Shown: positions 30,767 through 39,722 of the stretch, piece by piece
How the letters are laid out: each line of letters starts with the position of its first letter
Numbering within the stretch: position 1 is the stretch's first letter
Assembly: GCA_050740695.1 (NCBI GenBank)
Contig: JBOIDR010000002.1
Coordinates: 3,307-67,306 of the forward strand
DNA length: 64,000 bases
From: Gammaproteobacteria bacterium
GTDB lineage: Bacteria; Pseudomonadota; Gammaproteobacteria; JACCXJ01
Direction: 5' to 3'
Program-made: the position numbers and the translations under genes
The notes under the pieces: generated by a model
Databases searched by the model: none
Seen by the model: the letters and a program-made list of their open reading frames with translations, nothing else
What the model was told of the DNA's origin: nothing

Positions 30767-31675
30767 TCAGAGACGTTCGAGCCGGGCCAGGACCTTGCGC
30801 GCCAAGGCCTCCGGCGTGTAGCCCTCGTGCGCCAGGAGCGCCGGGTAGAGCGCCGGTTTGAACCAGCGGTCGGGGAGCGACAGGCACAGTGTTTCGGCCG
30901 TGACCCCGGCCTCGAGGAGGGTCTCGGCCAGGATGGAGTACAGGCCGCCGGTCTTGAAGTGGTCCTCGACGACCACCAGAAGCCGGCAGCAATGGGCCAG
31001 GCCGACGAGGAGATCCCGGTCCACCGGCTTCAAGGTGCGGAGGTTCACGAGCCCGACCGACAGGCCGTTTTTTCGCAAGCGCTCGGCCGCCTGGTGACAC
31101 TCCGAGAACAGCACCCCATAGGCCAAGAACGTCGCGTCCCGGCCCTCGGCCAGCACCTCGGCACGGCCGGGGGCGAAGTCGGGGGTGTGGGTGACCACCG
31201 GGCCCTGGGCGTTATAGCGGATGTAATACGGTGCGGGATCGAGGAGCACCGTATCGAGCCCGATCAGCAAATCGTCGAGGTCCGCGGGACAGAAGACCTT
31301 CATGTTGGGGATGCCGCGCATGAGCGCCACGTCTTCGATGGCTTGATGGGTCGGGCCGTTGGCCTCCGAGACGAAGCCCGGGAAGCTCCCCACAAGCTTG
31401 ACGGGCAGGCACGGGATACCGACATCGGTGCGGATGAACTCGAAGGCCCGGAGCGTCAGGAAGGCCGCGAGCGCGTGGATGACCGGGATGCGGCCGCGCA
31501 GCGCCAGTCCCGCCGCCATTCCGACCATGGTTTGCTCGGCGATCCCGACATCGATGAAGCGCGCTCCCAGCCGCTCGGGCAGTGTCCGGATCGCGGCCCG
31601 GTTCTCGGCCGTCATGGCGATGAGCCGCTCGTCCTGTTTGGCGAGACGGTAAAGGGCGTCTTCGTAACTTGTCAA
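30767..31675 (-). CDS. Transketolase C-terminal subunit of a split transketolase.
   Basis: A 302-aa match to the transketolase pyrimidine-binding/C-terminal section (IAEQTMVGMAAGLALRG...). Confidence 0.8.
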   Translation of the reverse strand: MTSYEDALYRLAKQDERLIAMTAENRAAIRTLPERLGARFIDVGIAEQTMVGMAAGLALRGRIPVIHALAAFLTLRAFEFIRTDVGIPCLPVKLVGSFPGFVSEANGPTHQAIEDVALMRGIPNMKVFCPADLDDLLIGLDTVLLDPAPYYIRYNAQGPVVTHTPDFAPGRAEVLAEGRDATFLAYGVLFSECHQAAERLRKNGLSVGLVNLRTLKPVDRDLLVGLAHCCRLLVVVEDHFKTGGLYSILAETLLEAGVTAETLCLSLPDRWFKPALYPALLAHEGYTPEALARKVLARLERL

Positions 31676-31761
31676 CTACCGTTTCCCTTTGGGCTATTGG
31701 AGTCTGCTCGGGCTTACCCGCAGCCGAGCAACTTGGGCCGCAGGCTTTCGTTGACCCGTAT

Positions 31762-32469
31762 CTATTTAGCTTTCGCTTCTACTATATGATCGAATGCTGT
31801 TTTGTAGATTATTATTCTACCAAACACGTCGGAGCTTAACCCGAAGTCTTCGACACGTATCTCCTGGTCCTGCGCCGGATCCCAGAAATCGACGACTATG
31901 AGCAGCCAATAAGCATCACAATTAGTATACTCTTTAACCTTGTTCTCTTTAGTCCTTATGATATCCGACAGCCTTTGAATGGACATCATAGGTACAGTGT
32001 AGACATTATAAGCCCTCCACTTGGGATCGCTATACAGTTTTGTATTCACATATAGGTAGTCCAGTTCAGGGAGGTCCTTGTATACGTGTCTGAATACCGT
32101 ACCTGCATCCAACGCCTCAACCCGTTTTGCCAATTCAACGAGTTTCTTCACAAACTTATTCGTTTGTCCGATCGGCTTTTCCAAATTGAACCCAACAGAT
32201 ATCTCGATCGGCTTTCCCCCTTGATCCACGAACTGTCGTTGCGCTTCTTGCAGAACGTCTTGTCGAATTTTGTCTTGCTTCTGCTCGTTGTCCGCGATCG
32301 CTCCATCCTGCAAAAAGAACCGGGTTACTTCTATGCCGATTTTTCTTTGCCCTTCGATTATCACATCCGGCTTGTCGCCATGCTTGACCTCTCCCTCCGG
32401 AAGGGCATACGCTCCGCGGAATCGTTCGAAGTAGTATCGTTCAATTTCTTGATTGGACATTGACCTCAA
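31762..32469 (-). CDS. Low-GC hypothetical protein (235 aa) inserted between the two transketolase subunit genes. Possibly nuclease-like.
   Basis: GC is about 42%. N-terminal GDKPDVIIEGQRKIGIEVTRF is reminiscent of a PD-(D/E)xK core (weak). No other match. Confidence 0.45.
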   Translation of the reverse strand: MRSMSNQEIERYYFERFRGAYALPEGEVKHGDKPDVIIEGQRKIGIEVTRFFLQDGAIADNEQKQDKIRQDVLQEAQRQFVDQGGKPIEISVGFNLEKPIGQTNKFVKKLVELAKRVEALDAGTVFRHVYKDLPELDYLYVNTKLYSDPKWRAYNVYTVPMMSIQRLSDIIRTKENKVKEYTNCDAYWLLIVVDFWDPAQDQEIRVEDFGLSSDVFGRIIIYKTAFDHIVEAKAK

Positions 32470-32534
32470 TCCTGTCGAGCTAAAGCGAACTTGATGTTCG
32501 ACGGACCCGTGGACTCATTCCTGAAAATAGCACG

Positions 32535-33392
32535 CTACCGCGCGACGATGGTCTCGCTCGCGAGCACGGCCTCACGGGTCCCCTCCAGTTCCTCCAAAAG
32601 CATCTCGACCTCCCCGGAGGTGAAGTTGCAGAACCAACGGTCGGCGCGGGCCGTCAGGCTCGGCAGGCCCTGGCCGCGCACGGTGTCCGCGATGACGGCG
32701 CTTGGCCGGCCCAGGGCGATCGGGATGCGCGCCAGGCCGCGTTCGATAGAATCGAAGTCATGACCGTCGATGCGCAAGGCCGCCCAGCCGAAGGCATGGA
32801 ACTTCTCTTCGAGGGGTTCGAGCGGGATTAGGTCCTCGGTCGCGACGTTGGCCTGAAAGCCGTTGCGGTCTACGATGCAAACGAGGTGGTCCATCCCCTT
32901 GGCGGCCGCGACCAGGGCCGCCTCCCACACCGATCCCTCGTTCAGCTCCCCGTCGCCGAGGACCACCACCACGCGGTTCGGGCCGCCGCAAAGCCTCACG
33001 TCGAGCGCGATGCCGAGGCCCACCGAAAGCAGGTGGCCGAGCGAGCCGGAATGGAACTCTACGCCCGGAATATTACGGTTCGGATGCCAGTAGATGTCGT
33101 CGCCGGGCGCGAGGTGTCGTGCGAGGCGTGCGGGATCGAGGACCCCAAGCTCGGCTAATAGCCCGTACAACGCGGGGACATCGTGTCCCTTGGAGAGCAA
33201 GAGGTAATCACGCTCGGGGTCCTCTAGCCGCGCCGCATCGAATCTGAGCCAGCGGGCATAGAGATACGTCAAGAGATCCACGCACGACAGCGAGGCCCCG
33301 ATGAAACAACCCCCGCGGGTCGCCATGCGGACGATATGGCCGCGCACGCGATGGGCGAGCGCTTGGAGATCTTTTTCGTCCTCTGGAGTCAT
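32535..33392 (-). CDS. Transketolase N-terminal (TPP-binding) subunit.
   Basis: MTPEDEKDLQALAHRVRGHIVRMATRGGCFIGASLSCVDLLTYLY...LSKGHDVPALY is typical of the split transketolase N subunit. Confidence 0.8.
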   Translation of the reverse strand: MTPEDEKDLQALAHRVRGHIVRMATRGGCFIGASLSCVDLLTYLYARWLRFDAARLEDPERDYLLLSKGHDVPALYGLLAELGVLDPARLARHLAPGDDIYWHPNRNIPGVEFHSGSLGHLLSVGLGIALDVRLCGGPNRVVVVLGDGELNEGSVWEAALVAAAKGMDHLVCIVDRNGFQANVATEDLIPLEPLEEKFHAFGWAALRIDGHDFDSIERGLARIPIALGRPSAVIADTVRGQGLPSLTARADRWFCNFTSGEVEMLLEELEGTREAVLASETIVAR

Positions 33393-34240
33393 AGGGACGG
33401 GACGGCGCGCGTCTCCGCCGCGCCGATGGTGCGGAGCCGATGCAGGTGATGGCGATACCAGTTGACACCGGCGTACTTCGCATTGATCGCCGCAAGCCCC
33501 GGGCGGCGGTCCAAGAGGTCCAGGATGTCGTAGAGACCGAAGGCGGGATCGGCGGGATACAGGGCCTCGTACACCCGCCGGATGAATTCATAGTCCTCGG
33601 GATAGTCGATGGTCCAGCGGTGCGACATCGAATAGTTCCTGCCGGGGCGGCCGTCGGTCCGCTCCTCCCACGCGACGTTACTCAACGGGAAACACAAGGG
33701 CCGCTCCCAGATGAAGGGCGTCGTGTGCTCGCGCTCGAAATCCAACCGGGCCTCGCGAAAGGCGCATTCCAAGACCTCGACCGACATGAGCTCGGCGTCG
33801 TTGCCATCCGGGAAAGAGGCGGGGTGCAGGTTGCTCGTGTAATCGCTGTCTCCTTCCGCGAAGCGTGCGAAGACCGCGTCAATGACCGCCGGATCGACGA
33901 GCGGGCAGTCGGATGGCACCTTGGCGAGCACCTCCGCGCCGTAGCGGCGCGCGACCTTGAGGTGACGGTCGAGGAGATCGGTCGGGTGCCCCCGAAAGAC
34001 CTCGATCCCTGCCGCCCGGCACACCGAGACGAGCCCATCGTCGGCGGGATCGGTCGTCGTGGCCACCACGATCCGCCCCGGGGTCTTCATGCGCGCCACG
34101 CGCTCGACCATGCGCACGATGAGCGGTTCGCCGGCGAGGTCCATCAAGACCTTGCCCGGCAGGCGGGTCGAGCCCAGCCGTGCCTGCACGACCACGAGTG
34201 ATTCAGCCCCGCTCACGGGCCCCCCTCCCTCCCCTGCCAT
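33389..34240 (-). CDS. Acylneuraminate cytidylyltransferase family protein (SpsF/CMP-sugar synthetase-like).
   Basis: VVVQARLGSTRLPGKVL...VVATTTD is the cytidylyltransferase N-terminal signature. Its stop overlaps the tktN start (ATGA). Confidence 0.75.
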   Translation of the reverse strand: MAGEGGGPVSGAESLVVVQARLGSTRLPGKVLMDLAGEPLIVRMVERVARMKTPGRIVVATTTDPADDGLVSVCRAAGIEVFRGHPTDLLDRHLKVARRYGAEVLAKVPSDCPLVDPAVIDAVFARFAEGDSDYTSNLHPASFPDGNDAELMSVEVLECAFREARLDFEREHTTPFIWERPLCFPLSNVAWEERTDGRPGRNYSMSHRWTIDYPEDYEFIRRVYEALYPADPAFGLYDILDLLDRRPGLAAINAKYAGVNWYRHHLHRLRTIGAAETRAVPSL

Positions 34241-34443
34241 CGTCTTTCGCCCACCGCTCCCGCACCACCCGGATCATACACCGGGCAATGTGGGCGGACC
34301 TGAGCTCTGGCTGAGATCGTGCCGCCTCTCGTCGGCCGAGTGCGGGCAGCGCCTCGTCGCACTCGGCCTCGATACCCCTTCCCGATCGTGCCGATGAAGC
34401 GATTAACGTTCATAATCGCTTCATCGTTTGGAGCGAATAAGGC

Positions 34444-35856
34444 ATGCAAACGTCTCGGGTGTGGATCTGGCAACAATCTGATTGGCCGCCGATGAAGATC
34501 AAAGGGTTCCGCTGGGATCAAGGGGCGCTGGCCCCTTGGCTTTCGCGTGCGCGGCTGGCTCAGGGCAAGGTGCTGGGTGCCACACAGTGGCTCGATCCCA
34601 ACCTGACGTTGGAAGCCGTGGCCGTCATCCTGGTCGAGGATGGGGTTACAACGAGCGCGATCGAGGGCGACCTGTTGGATCTGGACGCGGTTCGGTCGTC
34701 GGTTGCTCGCCATCTCGGCTTGCCTACCGCCGGTCTGCCCGCACCACCGCGCGCCGTTGATGGCTTGATTTCAATATGAAGGGTTCAAACCCCCGCCTTT
34801 CAGGCGGGCAGATTTCATCTGCAGCCATGAGCGGGCATGGTAGCATAGTCTGATTGAAGAAGGGGATCCGATGGACGGCAGCCATACGGTAGTCAAGATT
34901 GAATGCCACTTTGTCTGGGTAACGAAGTATCGCTACCAAATCCTGAAGGGAGAGGTGGAGCCGTAGACGCGTCGTTCAGTCGACGCGTATCCGGACTTTC
35001 AGTCCGTAACTCAAACCCACCGGCTTTTAGCCGGTGGTTGTTTAGTGAGGTGCTGCTCGATGCCACCCGTGACCTCGGTTCGCCCCTGACCGCTAAGCGC
35101 CTCTGCGGCTGGCAGGCATCCCTGTTCCCCACAGGCTACTCGGGTCTGCACCAGATCCGAACCGGCGCACTACGGGGTGATGAGCCGATGCAGGTCATCT
35201 CCGGGCGCATCGGCCATGAGCGCGTTCATTTCACCGCACCACCGCGTGAGGGGCTGGACCTGGAACTGGATCGCTTTCTGGCGTGGTTCAATGCATCCCC
35301 GACCGATTTGGATGGACTGATCCGCGCAGGTCTCGCGCACCTGTGGTTCGTGACGCTTCACCCTTTTGAAGACGGCAACGGCCGACTGGCCCGCGCCATC
35401 ACCGACAGAGCCTTGTCGCAGGACGAGCACCGGCCGATGCGGTTTTTCAGCCTGTCTGCACAGATCCTGCGCGAGCGAGAGGGCTACTACAACATCCTCG
35501 AACACACTCAAGGTGGCAGCGTCGATGTCACGGACTGGCTGGCGTGGTTCCTGGTGCAAGTCGAGGCCTCGGCCACGGCGGCGGAAAAGACTGTCGACAC
35601 CACGCTGGCAAAGGCGAGATTCTGGCTGCGTCACCAGGCTGCGGATCTCAACGAGCGCCAGCGCAAGGTGCTCAACCGGCTGCTCGACGCAGGCCGGGAC
35701 GGCTTCGAAGGCGGGATCAACACCCGCAAGTACATGAGCCTGACCAAGACCAGTCGCGCCACAGCCTACCGTGAGATCGCTCTACTGATCGAGAAGGGCT
35801 GCCTCACGCCGACCGGCAAGGGCGGACGGAGTAGCGGCTACGAGATCGTTTGGTGA
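34444..35856 (+). pseudogene. Fic/Doc-family (AMPylation) gene, split by an approximately 260-bp insertion.
   Basis: The N part (34444..34779) has the TSAIEG motif. The C part (about 35040..35856) has the Fic motif HPFEDGNGRLAR. The two parts are in different frames, separated by the inserted element. Confidence 0.6.
34785..35045. mobile_element. IS200/IS605-derived miniature element. It carries a TnpA N-terminal remnant and is flanked by similar hairpins.
   Basis: An internal ORF encodes MDGSHTVVKIECHFVWVTKYRYQILKGEV, the HUH Y1 TnpA N-terminus. Flanking hairpins are TCAAACCCCCGCC-TTTCA-GGCGGG and TCAAACCCACCGGC-TTTTA-GCCGGTGG. Confidence 0.5.
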
Positions 35857-35898
35857 TCCAGAATCTTACAAACTCCGAAGACCGCACCAGCGAGTGTT

Positions 35899-37803
35899 AT
35901 GATAACCGCTCAGTCCGTGGGGCGGGTGACTTTCAGGAGCCGAACCCTGTCGATGACCGGCCCGGCACCCGGGTATGCCGACCCGCATCTGCGACGAACG
36001 AGCGCCAATCCGCTCTTTAAGAGCGCTAGAGCGCGTTTGCCGCATGACCCGATTCCCATGACTTCGTACCGCCGTCTTCCGCGATCATCGGGGCTGCCAG
36101 GTCCGCCGGAACCGACCGGCCTTTTCGAAGGGGATGCCTCTCCCGAAGAGGTGGTCGTCGCCTACCACGAGCGCACCAAGCACCACTTCCATCGGTTTGC
36201 GGCCGCGCTCGGGTACATGGATTGGGCTACACAACCCGATCCGTTTCGGCGTTACGCGGGAGCGCCCGTCGTGCGTCTCCCCCTGCCCCGAGCGGGCCGC
36301 CTGCTTCCCTACAGGCAGCTCTATGCCAGCGGGACGGTAGCGCCGGAGCCGCTGTCGCTGGAGTCGGTGTCGCTGTTCTTCCGCTACGCCCTGTCGCTCA
36401 CGGCGTGGAAGCGATTCGGCGATACCTCGTGGTCCTTGCGCGCCAACCCCTCGAGCGGGAACCTTCATCCGACCGAGGGCTATGCCGTTCTGCCCCCGAT
36501 CGAGGGGCTCGGCGATACGGCCGCGGTGTACCACTATGCCCCGGCGGCACACGCCCTCGAGCGGCGGGCGGTTCTCGACACAGAGCGATCGGCCGAGCTC
36601 TTCGCGCCCTTCCCGGAAGCGGCCTTCCTCGTCGGTCTGTCGTCCGTGCCTTGGCGGGAGGCCTGGAAGTACGGCGAGCGCGCCTTCCGGTACTGCCAGC
36701 ACGATGTCGGGCACGCGCTCTGCAGCCTGCGCATCGCGGCAGCCGCGCTCGGTTGGAGATTGGTGCTCCTCGATGGCGTCGGCGATGATACCCTCGCGAG
36801 CCTCCTCGGACTCAGCCGCGATGAGGATTTCAGGGAGGCAGAGCGGGAGGAACCGGAACTCCTCGCCCTGGTCGCGCCGGCGCTGTCATCAAGGGTTCCA
36901 CACGGCTTGAGCCAGGGGAGTATGGACGGCGTGCTCTGGCAGGGCCGGGCCAATAGGCTGAGCCCCGAGCACGCGGTCGAGTGGCCCGTGATCGCCGAGG
37001 TCACGCGGGCCACGCGAGGCTTCGATGCGTCGATCACGGAAGACTGGTCCAGGTTCCCCGGAGAGGGATCCCTCATCGAGACACCGGTCCACCAGGGTCT
37101 ACTCACCGCCGAGCAGGCGATCCTCGGGCGCCGCAGCGCGGTGGCGATGGATGGCTCGACCGCGATCTCACAGGGCACATTTTTCCGCATGCTCGCCCGC
37201 TTGATCCCGACACGCGAGCCGCGAGCCATGCCCTGGGATGCGATCCCGTGGCGGCCGCGCATCCATCTCGGGCTCTTCGTCCACCGCGTGGACGGCCTGT
37301 CCCCGGGCCTTTACGCGCTACCCCGGGCTCCGGACAAGATCGAGGTTCTCAAGGACGTGATGCATCCAGGATTTCGTTGGCGGCGCGTGGCCGCTGGTCC
37401 CCCCGGGCTCCCCCTGTATCTCTTGCAGGAAGGCGACTGTCGTGCGCTGGCGGCCAGGGTCTCCTGCGGCCAGGACATCGCCGGCGATGGGGCGTTCAGC
37501 CTCGGAATGATCGCCGACTACCGCGACAGCCTGACGACCTATGGCGCGGCGTTCTACCGGAATCTCTTCTGGGAGGCCGGCATGGTGGGGCAGGTGCTCT
37601 ACCTCGAGGCCGAAGAGGCGGGCATTCGGTCCACCGGGATCGGCTGTTACTTCGACGATCCGGTCCACGAGGTCTTCGGGATCGACTCGATGGAGTGGCA
37701 GAGCTTCTACCACTTCACGGTGGGTGGCCCAGTAGAGGACCCGCGCCTGACGACGCTGTCCGCGTACGGCCCGGCGCTCCCGGGCAGGGGCCAGGAGACG
37801 TGA
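35899..37803 (+). CDS. Nitroreductase-superfamily (SagB/ThcOx-type dehydrogenase-like) protein with two nitroreductase-like domains. Start uncertain.
   Basis: HERTKHHF...RANPSSGNLHPTEGY resembles the SagB family. The C-terminal domain is ...GAAFYRNLFWEAGMVGQVLYLEAEEAGIRSTGIGCYFDD. Confidence 0.55.
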   Translation: MITAQSVGRVTFRSRTLSMTGPAPGYADPHLRRTSANPLFKSARARLPHDPIPMTSYRRLPRSSGLPGPPEPTGLFEGDASPEEVVVAYHERTKHHFHRFAAALGYMDWATQPDPFRRYAGAPVVRLPLPRAGRLLPYRQLYASGTVAPEPLSLESVSLFFRYALSLTAWKRFGDTSWSLRANPSSGNLHPTEGYAVLPPIEGLGDTAAVYHYAPAAHALERRAVLDTERSAELFAPFPEAAFLVGLSSVPWREAWKYGERAFRYCQHDVGHALCSLRIAAAALGWRLVLLDGVGDDTLASLLGLSRDEDFREAEREEPELLALVAPALSSRVPHGLSQGSMDGVLWQGRANRLSPEHAVEWPVIAEVTRATRGFDASITEDWSRFPGEGSLIETPVHQGLLTAEQAILGRRSAVAMDGSTAISQGTFFRMLARLIPTREPRAMPWDAIPWRPRIHLGLFVHRVDGLSPGLYALPRAPDKIEVLKDVMHPGFRWRRVAAGPPGLPLYLLQEGDCRALAARVSCGQDIAGDGAFSLGMIADYRDSLTTYGAAFYRNLFWEAGMVGQVLYLEAEEAGIRSTGIGCYFDDPVHEVFGIDSMEWQSFYHFTVGGPVEDPRLTTLSAYGPALPGRGQET

Positions 37804-38831
37804 GTCCTTCGGTCGCGGCAGGCCATTGACGAGGCCCTATCCGGTCGGGCGCGCATAGAGCCGCGCCCTTGGCGACAAGCAGAAGCATCGGATAATGCAA
37901 CTTTGAATTCGGCACAAAATGCTCCGCCCGAAACTGCCGTTCTGAAAGTAAGGCGGGCATTCCTCAATTCGCTTCTGCTTGTTCTATTGCCGCCGCCGTC
38001 ACCCCATCCACCCCACTGGCCGCGTCCTAGTTGAGGTCGAGCCAGCACGCCAATAGGGAATCGACGTTCAGGCAACCGGTAGAAGTCTCTGAAACGATGT
38101 CGCTTGTCGGCTTTCGCCTTGTTGGCTATCCCCCGCAGCAAGGTTGACTCCGCTCTATCCGGTCCAACACTGTCCGGGCTGAGTTGCCTTTGCGGGCTGC
38201 GTACTTCTGTCAAGTCCTTCCCCCTGTGTCCGGCTTTCCCGGACGCCGAGTACTACGCTTGATAAGACTCCCCATCGGTATCTGGCAGGCTTTCCGTTTC
38301 ACGGTACTCCTCCGCCTACCCGCACAGCACCAAGACCCCATCCGACAGCACCTGCCACTGGACGCAAAGGGATATCCACGATGGAACCGAAAGAAACTTG
38401 CCACGCCCCCTTCGCCGCTGCAACTGCGGAACGTAGACGTTGAGGTACATCCGATCGATGCCCTCGATCTCCAAGCTCACATGTTCTCGAAGGACTTCCA
38501 CGACGCTCTGTGGTATGCTCCTATATCGGCTCCGGTTCGACTCCGATCCAACGGATCGATCGCCGCCTCGGCGGCCTACATCAGTGGCAAGAACTGCTTG
38601 CAGTTCTTCCGTCGACCGGAGCCTCTCCTCCTATTATGCAGCACCGGTCGATCCCACGACATACACCTCGGCCTTTACCACAATCATGAATCGCATCGTG
38701 TTGTCCTCCTGGTTTCGGCCTTTAGTAGGTGTTTGTCTGGATCCGGGATTCCGGGCGGTCTCGACCGGACGCACGCTTTCCGACCCCTCGAACCTCTCCG
38801 GCGCCTTGGCCTCCGCGTCGCGGGCATTAAA

Positions 38832-39197
38832 TCAATCCGGCAGGCCCGCGATCTCTATCACCGGCCGGATCTCGACGGTCCCCTTGCGCGCCATGGGGAT
38901 CCGTGCGGCGATGCCGATCGCCTCGTCGAGATCCCGAGCGTCGATCAGGAAGTAGCCGCCCAGTTGCTCGCGCGTCTCGGCGAACAGACCGTCGGTCACG
39001 AACCGTTTACCGCCCCGCACCCGGACGCTGGTCGCCGTCGATGTCGGGTGCAACGGGTTGGCGGCCAGGTACTGCCCGCTCGCTTTCATCTCTTGTGCGA
39101 GCCGCGTGGACTCCACGTAACACTCTTCCCGTTCGGTCTCGCTCAACGCCAGCTCGTCTAGGTAAATCAACAACATGTATTTCATGTGTGCCTCCAA
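38832..39197 (-). CDS. YciI-like (DGPF domain) protein.
   Basis: MKYMLLIY...GGYFLIDARDLDEAIGIAARIP is the YciI family pattern. Confidence 0.6.
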   Translation of the reverse strand: MEAHMKYMLLIYLDELALSETEREECYVESTRLAQEMKASGQYLAANPLHPTSTATSVRVRGGKRFVTDGLFAETREQLGGYFLIDARDLDEAIGIAARIPMARKGTVEIRPVIEIAGLPD

Positions 39198-39226
39198 CGC
39201 TCAGTCGAATGGCGGGCCCGGATCGA

Positions 39227-39619
39227 CTACCGCGGGGTATCCGCCGCGACAACCCCGAGCGCGCGCAGCGTCCGTGCGTCCTCCGCGATCGGCCGCACCT
39301 CGACACACCCGATCCGTGCCCCCGGGATCCTCGAGGCCACCTGGATCGCCTCGTTCAGATCCCCGGCCTCGATGATGTAATAACCGCCCAGCTGTTCTTT
39401 GGTTTCGGCGTAGGGCCCGTCGGTGGTCGAGAGCTTGCCCTTTCGCACCCGCACCGTGGTCGCGGCATGGGGAGGCAACAAGCGGTTGCAGCCGATGAAG
39501 TGGCCGCTTTTCCTGATACCTTCGGTGAACTCGCTGTACTCCTCGTAGTGCTTCTCCGCATCGGCCTCCGACATCTGCTCCATCAGGGTCTCGGCACAGA
39601 TCAGGCACAGGTATTTCAT
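39227..39619 (-). CDS. YciI-like (DGPF domain) protein, paralog of the gene at 38832..39197.
   Basis: MKYLCLICAE...GGYYIIEAGDLNEAIQVASRIP. Confidence 0.6.
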   Translation of the reverse strand: MKYLCLICAETLMEQMSEADAEKHYEEYSEFTEGIRKSGHFIGCNRLLPPHAATTVRVRKGKLSTTDGPYAETKEQLGGYYIIEAGDLNEAIQVASRIPGARIGCVEVRPIAEDARTLRALGVVAADTPR

Positions 39620-39722
39620 CGCGCTCTCTTTAATTTGATTGTAGACACCTATGGTCGTTTGGCGGAGCCCCGATTCGACACGCCACGATAGGACCGATCG
39701 TCGTAACGCAGCCGCTGGCGTA

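Noticed and set aside
34786-34800. tRNA T-arm-like GGTTCAAACCCCC
   Set aside because: There is no cloverleaf and no CCA-proximal acceptor pairing. The sequence is part of the hairpin-flank direct repeat of the IS200-derived miniature element.
37707-38213. 168-aa minus-strand ORF with a faint reverse-transcriptase N-terminal-like stretch
   Set aside because: It overlaps the 3' end of the nitroreductase-like gene and degenerates into low-complexity sequence. The RT resemblance rests on about 20 residues only. I kept it only as a caveat in the low-GC region finding.
38184-39161. 325-aa plus-strand ORF
   Set aside because: It overlaps the low-GC ORF-free region and runs antisense through the YciI-like gene. 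It has no motifs. I treat it as spurious.
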